From: Octopus vulgaris
Lineage: Eukaryota
Direction: 5' to 3'
DNA length: 64,000 nt
Assembly (NCBI GenBank): GCA_951406725.2
Contig: OX597828.1
Location: forward strand, 58,838,001-58,902,000
Made by a program: the position numbers and the translations under genes. Below are positions 52,983 through 64,000 of the stretch, piece after piece (position 1 is the first letter of the stretch; every line of letters starts with the position of its first letter). The notes beneath the pieces were generated by a model. It was not told the DNA's origin. It saw only the letters and a list, made by a program, of their open reading frames with translations, and did no database searches.

Positions 52983-54247
52983 GTATTTATTTTTTCATTT
53001 TTTGTCTTTTATCTTTTACTTGTTTCAGTCACTAGACTGGAGTCGAATGAATCGACTCCAGAACTTATTTTATAGCCTGGTACTTATTCAATCGGTTTCT
53101 TTTGCTGAAATGTTAAGTTACGGAAATGCAAACACACCAACACCGAATTTCAGTTACTCTGTTGTGAGATCAATAAATCGACTCAAGCTGTCAGGAAATC
53201 CAGTACAACTGCTTTCTACTGCAGGAATGACATGTATTATGCAAGAATTTGACGAAAACTGTACATTTCACGTGTTTAACCAGTTGATATACGACAAATA
53301 TGATTGGTCAATTGCTTTATCGACTTCACGTTTCAATTGGAAAACAAGAACAGAAATTCTTTGTTGTTCTACAGATTGATGTGTACAGATAGTTTTGAGA
53401 TATTCAATCATATCAAAGGGAAATAGAATTTAATTAAATTTAAAAACATTCAATTAAAATTTACATTTCAAGTGGTCTAACGCGTAAAAGAAATTTAGTC
53501 AAAAAGACTATATATTAGTCATACGATAATAGTGTATATCTAAACACATAGAGAATCCACTTATAGGGATTCTACGCGCTAGAAAGAACAGCTAAGTTCT
53601 ATAACCACAAAAAATTGGGGATAAAATTCGACAGGAATAAATTTGGAAATTAAAAACATTTACCGTCTAGATTCCTGGACCAATTGGTTTCTAATCTTCT
53701 TTTAGCGAGTCATAGAGAACTCACAAGGTTTGATTTTCCTCAGCAGGCCCAACCTAGTGTTAAACATATCTACACGAGACAAAAAAGGCTACCTGTCTCG
53801 TGTACATACAAACTAACTATTCAAATTTACTGCGCAGACGCAGTCCATTCGTTGACTACAATAAAAAACCGCCAACTTTTAACCGAAAATTATCCAAAAA
53901 TTTACAATATTCAATCATATCAAAGGGAAGTTAGTTTTGAGATATAAACATCATGAAGTATCAGGCATATATTGCTTCTAGTATTATTAGTGGAAGACCT
54001 GGAAATAGCAAATAAATGGTATATATCCTATGTCTTCATTGGAGAATTTTATTTACAGCTAGATAACTCGAGTTATTAGAAAGCTTATGTGTCTTTGCAT
54101 GAAAGCAACACATTGCCGGCGACAAGACAGTTATCCTTTGTCCTATCATCTCAGCCATTCTCACTTTCATAAATAAAAGTATAATAGAGAAAATTAACGA
54201 TTGTTATTTCTAATTATGGTTACTTTCCTCCTCCACATCACTTCCAG

Positions 54248-54382
54248 GATATGGATGTCGGTGATTTAAGTGATCGTCTGAGAATAAAGAACGAATTGAA
54301 ATGCAAAAATTTCGATTGGTATCTGGATAATATATGGCCTGATTTGTTACGCTTTGACGTTAATGTTACAGCAAGTGGTGAG
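54248..54382 (+). CDS. GALNT: GALNT exon 7
   Basis: DMDVGDLSDRLRIKNELKCKNFDWYLDNIWPDL; phases 0/0. Confidence 0.92.
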
Positions 54383-55098
54383 GTAAGCGTCTCTTTAATT
54401 TTATACCTACCTTGGAATAATTTTATATCTGTGATGTGAGACAGTAATGATGCTCTGAATTGACAATGTAATATAAATAATTCAATCGGTGGAATATGTA
54501 GGGAACAAGAGAAATTTGACGTTCTGTGTGCTTTCCTTCTTCAGAGAAATAAAATAAGTCGAATGCAAAAGAGAAATGGAGAATTGATGTGAATTAGATG
54601 TGAAGTACAATGTGGAAGGAAGTGAAATTTTGGATAATAGTGGCCTAAATACTGGGTGAAGAATGGGAAAAGAAAGAAGGCTAGACAAGAAGGTGATGAG
54701 ACTAAAGACAAACAGACACAAACTTCATAACAAGATCAACGACTGTGTGCAGGGAGAGAATGAGCTGATAGAAAAAGGTTTCAAGAGTGAAATAAAATTA
54801 AAATGTTTGGCAAACTGTATTGAATTGGAATTTAAGGAGTGATACCGCGAAAAGAGGCACAAAAGTGATGTAGTCTCCGATGAAAGTAGGATCCTGTCAA
54901 AAGGTTGAAAACAAAAACTTTTTTTGTCAAAACTTTCTACAATTTCTGAACCAGTCCTCACAGTCTAGCTCCACACAACTCATAAAACCCATTGATTTTA
55001 TTTTATTTTTCTCCTACAAAAGTTTTACGATCCATTGTTCTGGTTACTTCAAAGCCAGCATATTACCCTCTCCTTCTTCTCCAATTGACTGGCGTAAA

Positions 55099-55126
55099 CT
55101 ACTACTACTACCACGACCACCTCACT

Positions 55127-55197
<71 letters not shown>

Positions 55198-55259
55198 TAC
55201 TACCACCACCACCACCACCACCACCACCACCACCACCACCACCACCACCACCACCACTT

Positions 55260-55320
<61 letters not shown>
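55099..55320. repeat. (CTA)n/(CCA)n compound microsatellite
   Basis: Direct reading. Confidence 0.95.
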
Positions 55321-55729
55321 ATGACGCAGCATAGACGGTCCACATGACATTTGGAAGTGACCTACATAAACTTTTGTTGCTAAAATTTAATTACAACAGG
55401 ATTTTTTTTAAACATTGAATGGCTATGGAAGCCCAAAAGGGCAAAAACAGGAATTAAAGTTTCATATAAAATATTTCTAGCCTTGCTCTTGCTTAACTGA
55501 GAGATAACATTCGTAGATCTAAATGAAACTAATCAAACACAGGTTTGTTAAAATCGTGGCCATGGCGTTGTCTGATCTGTCTTCTCTCTCTCCCACTCTC
55601 TCCCCTCTCTCTCACTCCTCTCTCTCTCTCTCATTTGTTATCTAAAAGCTGTTTAAGATCACGACCAGATATTCCTTGTAGAATAATTAATTACTTCAGA
55701 ATATACTTAGAGGTATTTGAGATAAGTTA

Positions 55730-55962
55730 AGGCGGCGAGCTGGCAGAAACGTTAGCACGCCGGGCGAAATGTTTAGCAGTATTTCGTCTGCCGCTACGTT
55801 CTGAGTTCAAATTCCGCCGAGGTCGACTTTGCCTTTCATCCTTTCGGGGTCGATAAATTAAGTACCAGTTACGTACTGGGTCGATATAATCGACTTAATC
55901 CGTTTGTCTGTCCTTGTTTGTCCTCTCTGTGTTTAGCCCCTTGTGGGTAGTAAAGAAATAAG
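55730..55962 (+). mobile_element. SINE family A
   Basis: Co-linear with 13496. Confidence 0.9.
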
Positions 55963-56356
55963 TTTCTGTTTATTTCAAAGTAGATTTTTACTGTTCTCAA
56001 AACATATTTTTATCTAATTCAGAATATACTTTACAATTTCTTCAGACTATCAGAATATTTTCATACCTGACGTCAACTTTGTCTTTCATTAAATTCAGGG
56101 TGCTGGTCAAGCTGACCGGATGCCTGCAGAGTTTCTTCTAGGTCTCTGCGTTTGGTGTTCAAATTCAACCGCGCCCTCTTTGGGTGCCTTTAACACTCTG
56201 TTGCAAACATCTGTACCAGGTCTCCGGTTTGTAAATATATTTTTCCGTTCCTCCTACAAGTCTCGGAAGCTTTGTGAAGCGTCATAGACACCACCTGCCT
56301 TCTGACTAAAAGATTAAACAAGTATTTATCTCAAAATAGGTTCATGCCTATCTCAC

Positions 56357-56420
<64 letters not shown>

Positions 56421-56462
56421 GGAGAGTATTGTAGTTCGCTTGAAGCATATATATTCTTTGTA

Positions 56463-56708
56463 AAGAATAAAAAGTTTTGAATGGTACAACAATGCACTAT
56501 AATACAGGCAATACAGACAATACCTGTTGTAATTTAGTCATCCATTGTCTATGCTATTTCGGAATAATATTCCTTCTTCAGATAATATCTGAAGAAGGAA
56601 TATTATTCCGAAATAGCATATCAGACTATGAATAACTAAATTACAACAGGTACACAGCCCATTGTCTGTATTATAGTGCATTGTTGTACCATTGAAAACT
56701 TTTATTCT

Positions 56709-56709
<1 letters not shown>
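56463..56709. repeat. Fold-back palindrome of two divergent hammerhead-like cores, followed by (TA)n
   Basis: Centre ~56585; CTGAAGAA-GGAAT att ATTCC-GAAA at 56589-56613 (+) and its mirror on -. Confidence 0.85.
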
Positions 56710-56756
<47 letters not shown>

Positions 56757-56758
<2 letters not shown>

Positions 56759-57060
56759 CCTTAAATCCTTAAAAATGTTTTAGCCCTAAGGCTGCGGCCA
56801 TGCTGGGGCACCACCGCTGAATGAGCTATACTAATATGTGAAACCACCTCTGATACGTGGCACTTGGTCAACAAGGGAGTTCGATGCCGCTGCCCGCATC
56901 TGTGTCTCCTGTCGTGAGGTAGGTTCATCTGGGACAAGAAGAGATCCAGTTTAGTTTTAAAGAAACCCACATCCACACCATGCAAGTCTCTCAGGCTTTT
57001 AGGGAGAATGTTAAAGAGCTGTGGTCCTCTGAGACCCAAGCTGTTGCAGTATATGGTCCT
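56757..57060 (-). mobile_element. CR1/L2-group LINE 3' end
   Basis: YCNSLGLRGPQLFNILPKSLRDL..FKTKLDLFL, similar to 3095-3225; 3' UTR shares a tail with SINE B. Confidence 0.8.
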
Positions 57061-57168
57061 GTATTTTGATGGTGATGTTGAATACATATATATTGATGGT
57101 GAATATATATATATTTCGTTTTGGGATTTGGTTTACAAGATTCTTTATATGAATTCGTGTGTTGAAGC

Positions 57169-57441
57169 ATATTCTGTTGTGTCTGGGGAGGGTCATTTTC
57201 TTTTTGTGCCTTATAATGCACTCACTGGTAAAATTTCCACTTTTTTCTTATTTTTATTTTCCTAAAATTTTCGTTGCGACGTCTTGTAATCTTGTCAAGA
57301 GTCAAGACTATTGAAAAAGTTGCAAGACGCAACGAAAATTTTAGGAAAATAAAAATAAGAAAAAAGTGGAAATTTGACCGGTGAGTGTGTTATATTATAA
57401 GGCACAAAATGAAAATGACTCTCCCCAGACACAACAGAGTA
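57169..57441. repeat. Imperfect fold-back palindrome with a decayed hammerhead-like core
   Basis: ctgttgtgtctgggga...ttttcgttgcg vs cgcaacgaaaa...tccccagacacaacag; TTGAAAAA-GTTGC aagac GCAAC-GAAA at 57311-57337. Confidence 0.8.
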
Positions 57442-57462
57442 TATATATATATATATATATAT

Positions 57463-57910
57463 TATTATTACTAGTATTGTTATACATACATACAAGCATA
57501 CGTAATGATAATAATAATAAGTGGATGTAAACACATGAACAAAATAAGAATGAACAAAAACAACAACAACAAAAACAAATTACACGAACGTATATAAACA
57601 GAAGATACAAATATTACAGGCACACCCCCCACACTAAATAAACATAGACGCACATAGAGATATAAGCATGCGCAAATGAAGACATACAATAGAAATACAA
57701 AATGGCTGACAGTTAGTAAGGAGAGACACAAATAAGAAAGAAGAAAGCAAAGGACCACTGATGCGGTCACAGGAGTGTGACGAAAGAACTCTGGCCGAAA
57801 TAAGATTAAGATTAATGTAAAAAATAAATAACACTGAAGCAAAATAACACCAAATATATAGTGCGTGTGTTTTATTGGCTAAACTGGCAAAAATGACCAT
57901 TCCGAAATAT

Positions 57911-57918
<8 letters not shown>
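57463..57918 (+). mobile_element. (TA)n-flanked non-coding element with hammerhead-like motif
   Basis: Reverse-complement copy of 17190-17650; (TA)n on both sides. Confidence 0.85.
57752..57796 (+). ncRNA. Type I hammerhead ribozyme, variant core
   Basis: GGACCA-CTGATGCG-GTCACA ggag TGTGAC-GAAA-G aa C-TC-TGGCC; identical to 17311-17355. Confidence 0.6.
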
Positions 57919-57981
<63 letters not shown>

Positions 57982-58118
57982 AAATCATTCTAATCTGTCT
58001 TAGAAAATTTATCGGTGAATAAGTTCAAATCTTGTTAAGAATAAACCTGATATTATGTAAACTAATATATAGCAGTGAAAAGGCGGTGAGTTGGCTGAGT
58101 GGTTAGCACTCCGGGTGA

Positions 58119-58691
58119 AATGCTTAACAGAAAGCCACTGCAGAGAGTTGAAGCCTGTGCCTTTCAAATTCCGGCTATGCACTCTGTGCCATTAAGCTAA
58201 ACGATCCCGTGGCACATATAACACAACTGATAAGTTTAAAATATGATAATTCACTGCTATATATTCTTTTCTACTCAAGGGACAATGCCGAAATTTTGGG
58301 GGAGGGGGCCAGTCGATTAGACCGACTCCAGTACATAACTGGTACTTAATTTATCGACCCCGAAAGGATGACAGGTAAAGACGACCTCGTCTGTCTTTAC
58401 GTTCTGGGTTCAAATTCCGCCGAGGTCGTCTTTACCTGTCATCCTTTCGGGGTCGATAAATTAAGTACCAGTTATGTACTGGAGTCGGTCTAATCGACTG
58501 GCCCCCTCCCCCAAAATTTCGGCATTGTCCCTTGAGTAGAAAAGAATATATAGCAGTGAATTATCATATTTTAAACTTATCAGTTGTGTTATATGTGCCA
58601 CGGGATCGTTTAGCTTAATGGCACAGAGTGCATAGCCGGAATTTGAAAGGCACAGGCTTCAAATCTCTGCAGTGGCTTTCTGTTAAGCATT
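58119..58691. repeat. Near-perfect ~270-bp inverted duplication inside a SINE A copy
   Basis: 58119-58389 is reverse-complementary to 58421-58691; ~31-bp spacer. Confidence 0.92.
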
Positions 58692-58704
58692 AAAAATAGA
58701 AAAG

Positions 58705-59700
58705 CTGCGAGCTGGCAGAACTGTTAGCACGCCGGGCAAAATGCTTTGCGGCATTTCGTCTGTCTTTACGTTCTGAGTTCAAATTCTGCAGAGACTAATT
58801 TTGCCTTTCTTCCTTTTGGGGTCGATAAAATAAGTTCAAGTTGAACACTGGGATCGATGTAATCAACTTGTTCCTCCCCTAAGATTGCTGATCTTGTGCC
58901 AAAATTTGATATCAAACATTCAAAATATTGTCTTCTTTTGGCTTAGAACCAAAATCTTGTATATTTAGCGAACTAGAAGAACTAGAGTTTCTAAATGTTC
59001 ATATCTTTCTCAAGAGTATTAATAGAATGTAATGGTTTGAAAAAGGAATCGAAGTGGCTTTTCTTTTCATCCTTTCGCGGTCGATAAAATAAGTACCAGT
59101 TGAGCATAGATATCGATAAAATCGACTTGCCTCCTTCTCCAAAGTTTCAGGCCTTGTGCCAATAATAGAGAGTATTGTTTAAAGAGTAGACGGTGGCGAA
59201 CTCTAGGGATCATTAGCGCGTCGGACACGGTGCTTAACAATTTTTCTTTTACTTCTTACGTTCTGAGTTCAAATTCCACTGAGGTCGATTTTGCCTGTCA
59301 TCTTTTTGGGGTCGATGTAATCGATTTACTACCTCTCCAAAAAGTTGCTGGTCGTGAACCAATATTTGAAACCATTTAAAAGGTAGTTAATGCGACGAGC
59401 TGGCAGAACCCCTAAAGCGTGGGGGGGGGGAAATACTTTGCGATATTTGTTCCGATTCATTACATTCTGAGTTCAAAAACCACTGGGGTCAATAAAATGA
59501 AATACGGAGGTCGACGGTGATGACTAAATACCCAACCCCAAGAAAATTGCTGGCATTGTTCCCAAATCAGAAAACATTACTTGAAGGGCAGCAGATTGGC
59601 AAATTAGCCAAAGCGCTTTACAACTTTCAGTGAGCTTTATATACAGGGTTCAAATCCCGGTGAAGTGGTTGACTTTACTTTTTATCCCTTCTGGGTTGAA
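58705..59700 (+). mobile_element. Cluster of diverged same-orientation SINE A copies
   Basis: Heads or cores at ~58705, 59055, 59192, 59392, 59590. Confidence 0.7.
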
Positions 59701-59751
59701 CGTTGATAAACTATTAAATTTTAAAAATAATTTTTGTACTTTTTAATTTAG

Positions 59752-59856
59752 CTGAGAAATAAGGCAACACAGAGGTGTGTCGATAATTACGAAAGGCTTT
59801 ACCCTTCAAGGCAGAAACTTTTGGCGATACCGTGTAACAATATTATATTACGTCAG
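59752..59856 (+). CDS. GALNT: GALNT exon 8 (start of ricin-B lectin domain); downstream exons not located in this window
   Basis: LRNKATQRCVDNYERLYPSRQKLLAIPCNNIILRQ; ttag acceptor, cag|gtaaat donor; 105 nt. Confidence 0.8.
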
Positions 59857-59887
59857 GTAAATATAATTATATATGTGTGTGTGTGTT

Positions 59888-59919
<32 letters not shown>

Positions 59920-59922
<3 letters not shown>

Positions 59923-61466
59923 GAAATATGTTACGAAGGGAAAATATAAAATACACGTGGAAATGTAAGGGTAAAATATGAAAAATCAACGAAAATGCAT
60001 ATTGCAAATAGAAAAAGGTTATTTATGACAGGTAACGACAAATATATACATTTAGATTGACTGAGGTAGTAATACGAGTCATAAAAGTCATTATTATGAG
60101 ATAATTATAAGATGATAATAAAGTAAGAGAACAAAACGAACCAATAGTTTACGCAAAGCTATTCATCGTTTGAACAACACCGGTTAATACACGGTGTCAG
60201 GTCTAATAGTTCCTGAGAAAAAAGATTATTTGTAAGGGAGGTAAGTATTTCTGGATTATTTGTAAGGGAGGTAAGTAGTCCTGGATTTAGAGATGTGAGT
60301 GGTGTAGGAAGTGTATAGAGTTTAGTGGTTTCAATTGAAAAGTTAGTGGTGTTCTGTATTGAGTTGTGTGTTCATATTTAGTTGGGGGAGAAATTTATTG
60401 ATGAAAAATGCCTCTTTATTCAACCTTTGTTGCATTGTGGTGTTCTGTGAACATTGGTAAAAGGGAAATATTTGGAAATTGGGATTAAGATTCCTGGCAC
60501 ATCTTTCTATGTGTTCACTCACCTTTAACTGTCTGTATTGTGGGTGACGGATTTGCTCTTTGTGAATGGTGTTTCTTTGACGGAGCGAAATTCCTGTTTG
60601 TCCAATATAGAGTTTACCACATCCTATGCATGTCATGGCATAGATTACATTTGCTGAGGCACAGGTGAAATCTGATTTGATCTTTAATATTTCTCCTTGT
60701 TTGAATTGGAATTCTGAACCCTCCAGAAGGTGGGGGCATGTTCTACAGTTAGAACGTCCACATTTTCTCACTTTTGGCTCAGTTGTTAGTGGGTAAAGTC
60801 TATTTTATTCAGTGACTTCGGTTGCTTTTTGCTTTTTATAATTTTATATGAGCTTAAAATTTCGTTCATTGTTTTGTCTGCTGTGAGGATGGGAAGGTTT
60901 TGGGTGATGATGTTGAAGGCTTCGTTGTTTCTGGGGTTATGTGTGGAGATGTACGGGAGTATTTTTAAGTCTTGTTTAGTATTTCGGCTAGTTTTCCTTA
61001 ATCTTTGTATATCTATTGCCTTAGCTCTTTTGATGCCTTCATTTACTAATGAGATTGGGTAGTGTCTTTTAGTTAGTGTAGATCTAAGTTCAAGGAGTCT
61101 ATGTTTTCGAGTGTATGTATCGGAAACTATGGTGCAGATTCTTTGTGTAGGTTAAAGGGTATGTTGATTTTTATGTGTTTGGGGTGGCAGGAGTTAAATA
61201 ATAGGTATTGTTTAGAATCTGTGGGTTTATAAAAGATGTCTGTTTCTATGTGGTTGTTAACTGTTATAATTAATATGTCTAGAAAAGGTAGTTGCTTTCT
61301 GTTGTGTTCCATAGTGAATTGTATATTGCTGTGTATGTTGTTGAGCATTCTTTTAAAATCAAGGAGTTGATCCATTCTGTCTTTCCAAAGTATGAAGCAA
61401 TCATCGAAATATCTCTTCCAGTTCTCCTTTAAGTAACAATTAAAAGAGGCGCCATATTTTTCTAGT
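59920..61466 (-). mobile_element. 5'-truncated Penelope-like element with its 3' end in (TA)n
   Basis: WKRYFDDCFILW, QFTMEH..LPFLDI, IFYKPTDSKQYL..SCHP, CRTC, NVIYAMTCIGCGKLYIGQTG (GIY-YIG). Confidence 0.92.
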
Positions 61467-61685
61467 GATATATATATTTATCTGTTTTTGTCCCCGTCAC
61501 CACTTGACAACCGGTGTTTGTGTGTTATAAAATGCCATCTGAGTGTGTGTGATCACAGAAACCCCAGTTTTCCTTTCAGTGTAGTACTTGCTGTTGATTG
61601 AACTGCTAAGTTAAAGGGACCCAAAACATTTTCTAAATTGTATAAACTAAAACGCATACACGGAGGGGTAGTTACATATACGCAT

Positions 61686-61749
<64 letters not shown>

Positions 61750-61923
61750 TCACTCACTCACTCACTCATTCTCTCTCTCACACACACTCTCTCATACACA
61801 CACACTCTCTTATTCACTCACTCTCTTTCTCACACACACACTCACTCTCTCTCTCTTACACACACACAAATGTACGTATGTGCGTGTAAGTACATGTATG
61901 CGTGTGTGTAAGTACACGCGTGT

Positions 61924-61954
<31 letters not shown>

Positions 61955-62599
61955 CACGTGTGTACTTTGTAACCACGAGTTTCTCGAAAATGCTTTGTTT
62001 TCGCAGAAAAAAAATTTTTAGTTTTGAACTTGCGAACTCACGCTGGTTGGAGATTTATAATAAACTACACAAGTTCTTTTTTATTCTTTCTCTGCGCCTT
62101 GACTGGATTATTTCAGAATTTTTTTGTCCTATTTGATTTTTACTACATCTCGTTATATTGCTGTGAATGACCTTTCTGTCCGGTTAATGATTTATGTCTG
62201 CTGTCTCGTATCACCCAATACAATCCGTTGTCTATTAAAAAGTTTTCAGTTTTCCTCTGTTCAACTGAAGCCTGAATTTCACAATAATTGTCACTGAAAA
62301 TGGGAGAACGTAACTGGTTGCATAGCTAGACTGCTATTATTTTACTGTTGACATTTCAGTTCTTAAATTTCATGACGCTACCTAATACTGTGGATAAGAA
62401 AAGTTAGTCTGTGTTGATACATACGATTTATTCGCATTGATATATGTATAATATTTGATGTATATACAACGTCGACAGGCTAAATACTAGGTTTTCATCC
62501 GAGATAAAATGTCTAATAGACGTACTGCATTTAAAAGCCCCATGTATATCTGAGAGAGACGAAAATCCGTCCCGACAACGATTTGCAAGAGGGCCAAAT

Positions 62600-62830
62600 G
62601 CATTTTTGAATAATGACCATGAACAAGTCGCTGGACTGTGTGTTCTACACGGTCGACCACACATCCTTCTGGAAAATTCTTAGGCTCGCCGGTGCGCCAC
62701 ACACGATCTCCATCCTGTTCCAACAGCTTTATAGCAGTGTCAAGAGATGCGCAAGGGTGAACGGGAAGGACTCTGACTGGTTTCCACATGAATAGCGGGG
62801 TTAGACAGGGCTGTGTGCCCCGACCTCTTC
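62600..62830 (+). mobile_element. RTE-like RT fragment
   Basis: VDHTSFWKILRLAGAP..LFQQLY..VNGKDSDWF..GVRQGC. Confidence 0.75.
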
Positions 62831-62914
62831 TGATTAAATCCAAATGCAATGGTAAGATAAAAACAAAAACCCTTACATCTGTCTTAAAATAAAAGTAGCT
62901 TCTATATGTTGGCC

Positions 62915-63240
62915 ACCATCCACCATTGTTCGACCGTGCTCGAGACAATGGAATTTACCGTGCCACGCCAGACCTCACCGTCCATCATAGCATTACGGAG
63001 GTCCTGTTGCTGGATGCCTGTATCCCTGGAGATTACATCAGGGTAGGAGAGTGTGCACCCTCTGGTATCACGAGCAGATGGCTTCCAGAGGAGAAGAGTA
63101 GAAATCACCTCGTTTTCAGGTCTACAACAATGTCCAACAAACTGGACTCTTCTACCTTTCACAAGAGATGATACGGGTGGTAGTTTCCCATATATATTCG
63201 TACTTTGGGTGGATGACGCTTCCACGAGAGATTTTGAGCT
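62915..63240 (-). mobile_element. RTE/RTE-X LINE C-terminal fragment
   Basis: IYGKLPPVSSLVKGRRVQFVGHC..LLLWKP..LRNAMMDGEVWR. Confidence 0.75.
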
Positions 63241-63552
63241 CTCATGAGGAGGCGAGTGTAAGTTCCATCCAACCGCCTCTCAAGCTTCTATGTTGGCACC
63301 AATGCATGACAACAACCGAATAAATGACCAGTGAAAGAGCAAAAGAATTTCCAAGTCTGCACTGAAGTAAATCTCGAACCAAATTATTTCTCAGTCTTTT
63401 TGAGGGAATACGAGTTAATATTTTATAATCAAAGGATAAAAAGAAAATTTTCAACTGCTCATCACAAACTTGGTTACATTAGTATTTGTTCAAATAAATT
63501 ATGCAGACTTATTTCATTTATTTCGGTTACAAGAGGATATTATTACATTTAC

Positions 63553-64000
63553 TACGAGGGACGTTCAATAAGTAATGCCTCTGACCCACTTGCAGTTGTT
63601 TGATCGAGCATGTGCAATTATTTATATCTCTATAAATTAAGTGGCAAATTACAGCTCTGAAATAATTGTGGTTTCTGATTTACAGGTGTTTGAACTGAGT
63701 CAAGTGTGAAATGGAGCCTGTTGAGTGGCGAGCAGTGATCCGGTTTTTGTATTTGAAAGGACGCACACCACGGAAGACTTTTGATGAAATGAAAGTAACT
63801 TATGGTGATGATGCCCCATCATATGACCTTGTAAAACCCTGGCATAGTGAATTCAAACATGGTCGGAACTCTGTGGAAACAGCTCCCAGATCTGGTCACC
63901 CCCTTCTGCCATTGATGAGGCATCTGTCCGTCAAGTTGAGGCTGCCATTTTGGAAGATCGACGCATAACTATTCGTCAAACAGCCCATGAGGTCAAGATT
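63553..64000 (+). mobile_element. Mariner 5' end (continues past the window)
   Basis: TA+cgagggacgttcaataag TIR; MEPVEWRAVIRFLYLKG..YGDDAPSY..APRSG, then a frameshift. Confidence 0.88.

Overview
AT-rich, microsatellite-dense animal genomic DNA. The SINE families resemble those I recall from octopus/cephalopod genomes, but the organism is an inference. Two spliced host genes lie on the + strand: an HtrL/YibB(WlaTC)-like predicted glycosyltransferase (coding exons 10928-11394 and 15071-15440, candidate TM exon at 5958) and a divergent polypeptide GalNAc-transferase (8 coding exons, 40440-59856, 3' end not located) whose DxH motif reads ESH. The rest is mobile DNA: CR1/L2-like, RTE, Hero-like and two tandem Dong/R4 LINEs, three Penelope-like (PLE) fragments, mariner/Tc1 remnants, MITEs, a solo LTR, many tRNA-derived SINEs and a 98-bp minisatellite. 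The most striking signal is non-coding: several different families of short elements sit in or next to (TA)n microsatellites and carry type I hammerhead ribozyme motifs. Two are canonical (34585-34646 +, 20088-20170 -) and several are variant, with terminal direct or inverted repeats or fold-back structure. They look like a retrozyme/non-autonomous PLE system. All pairings were read by eye; no folding or database search was run.
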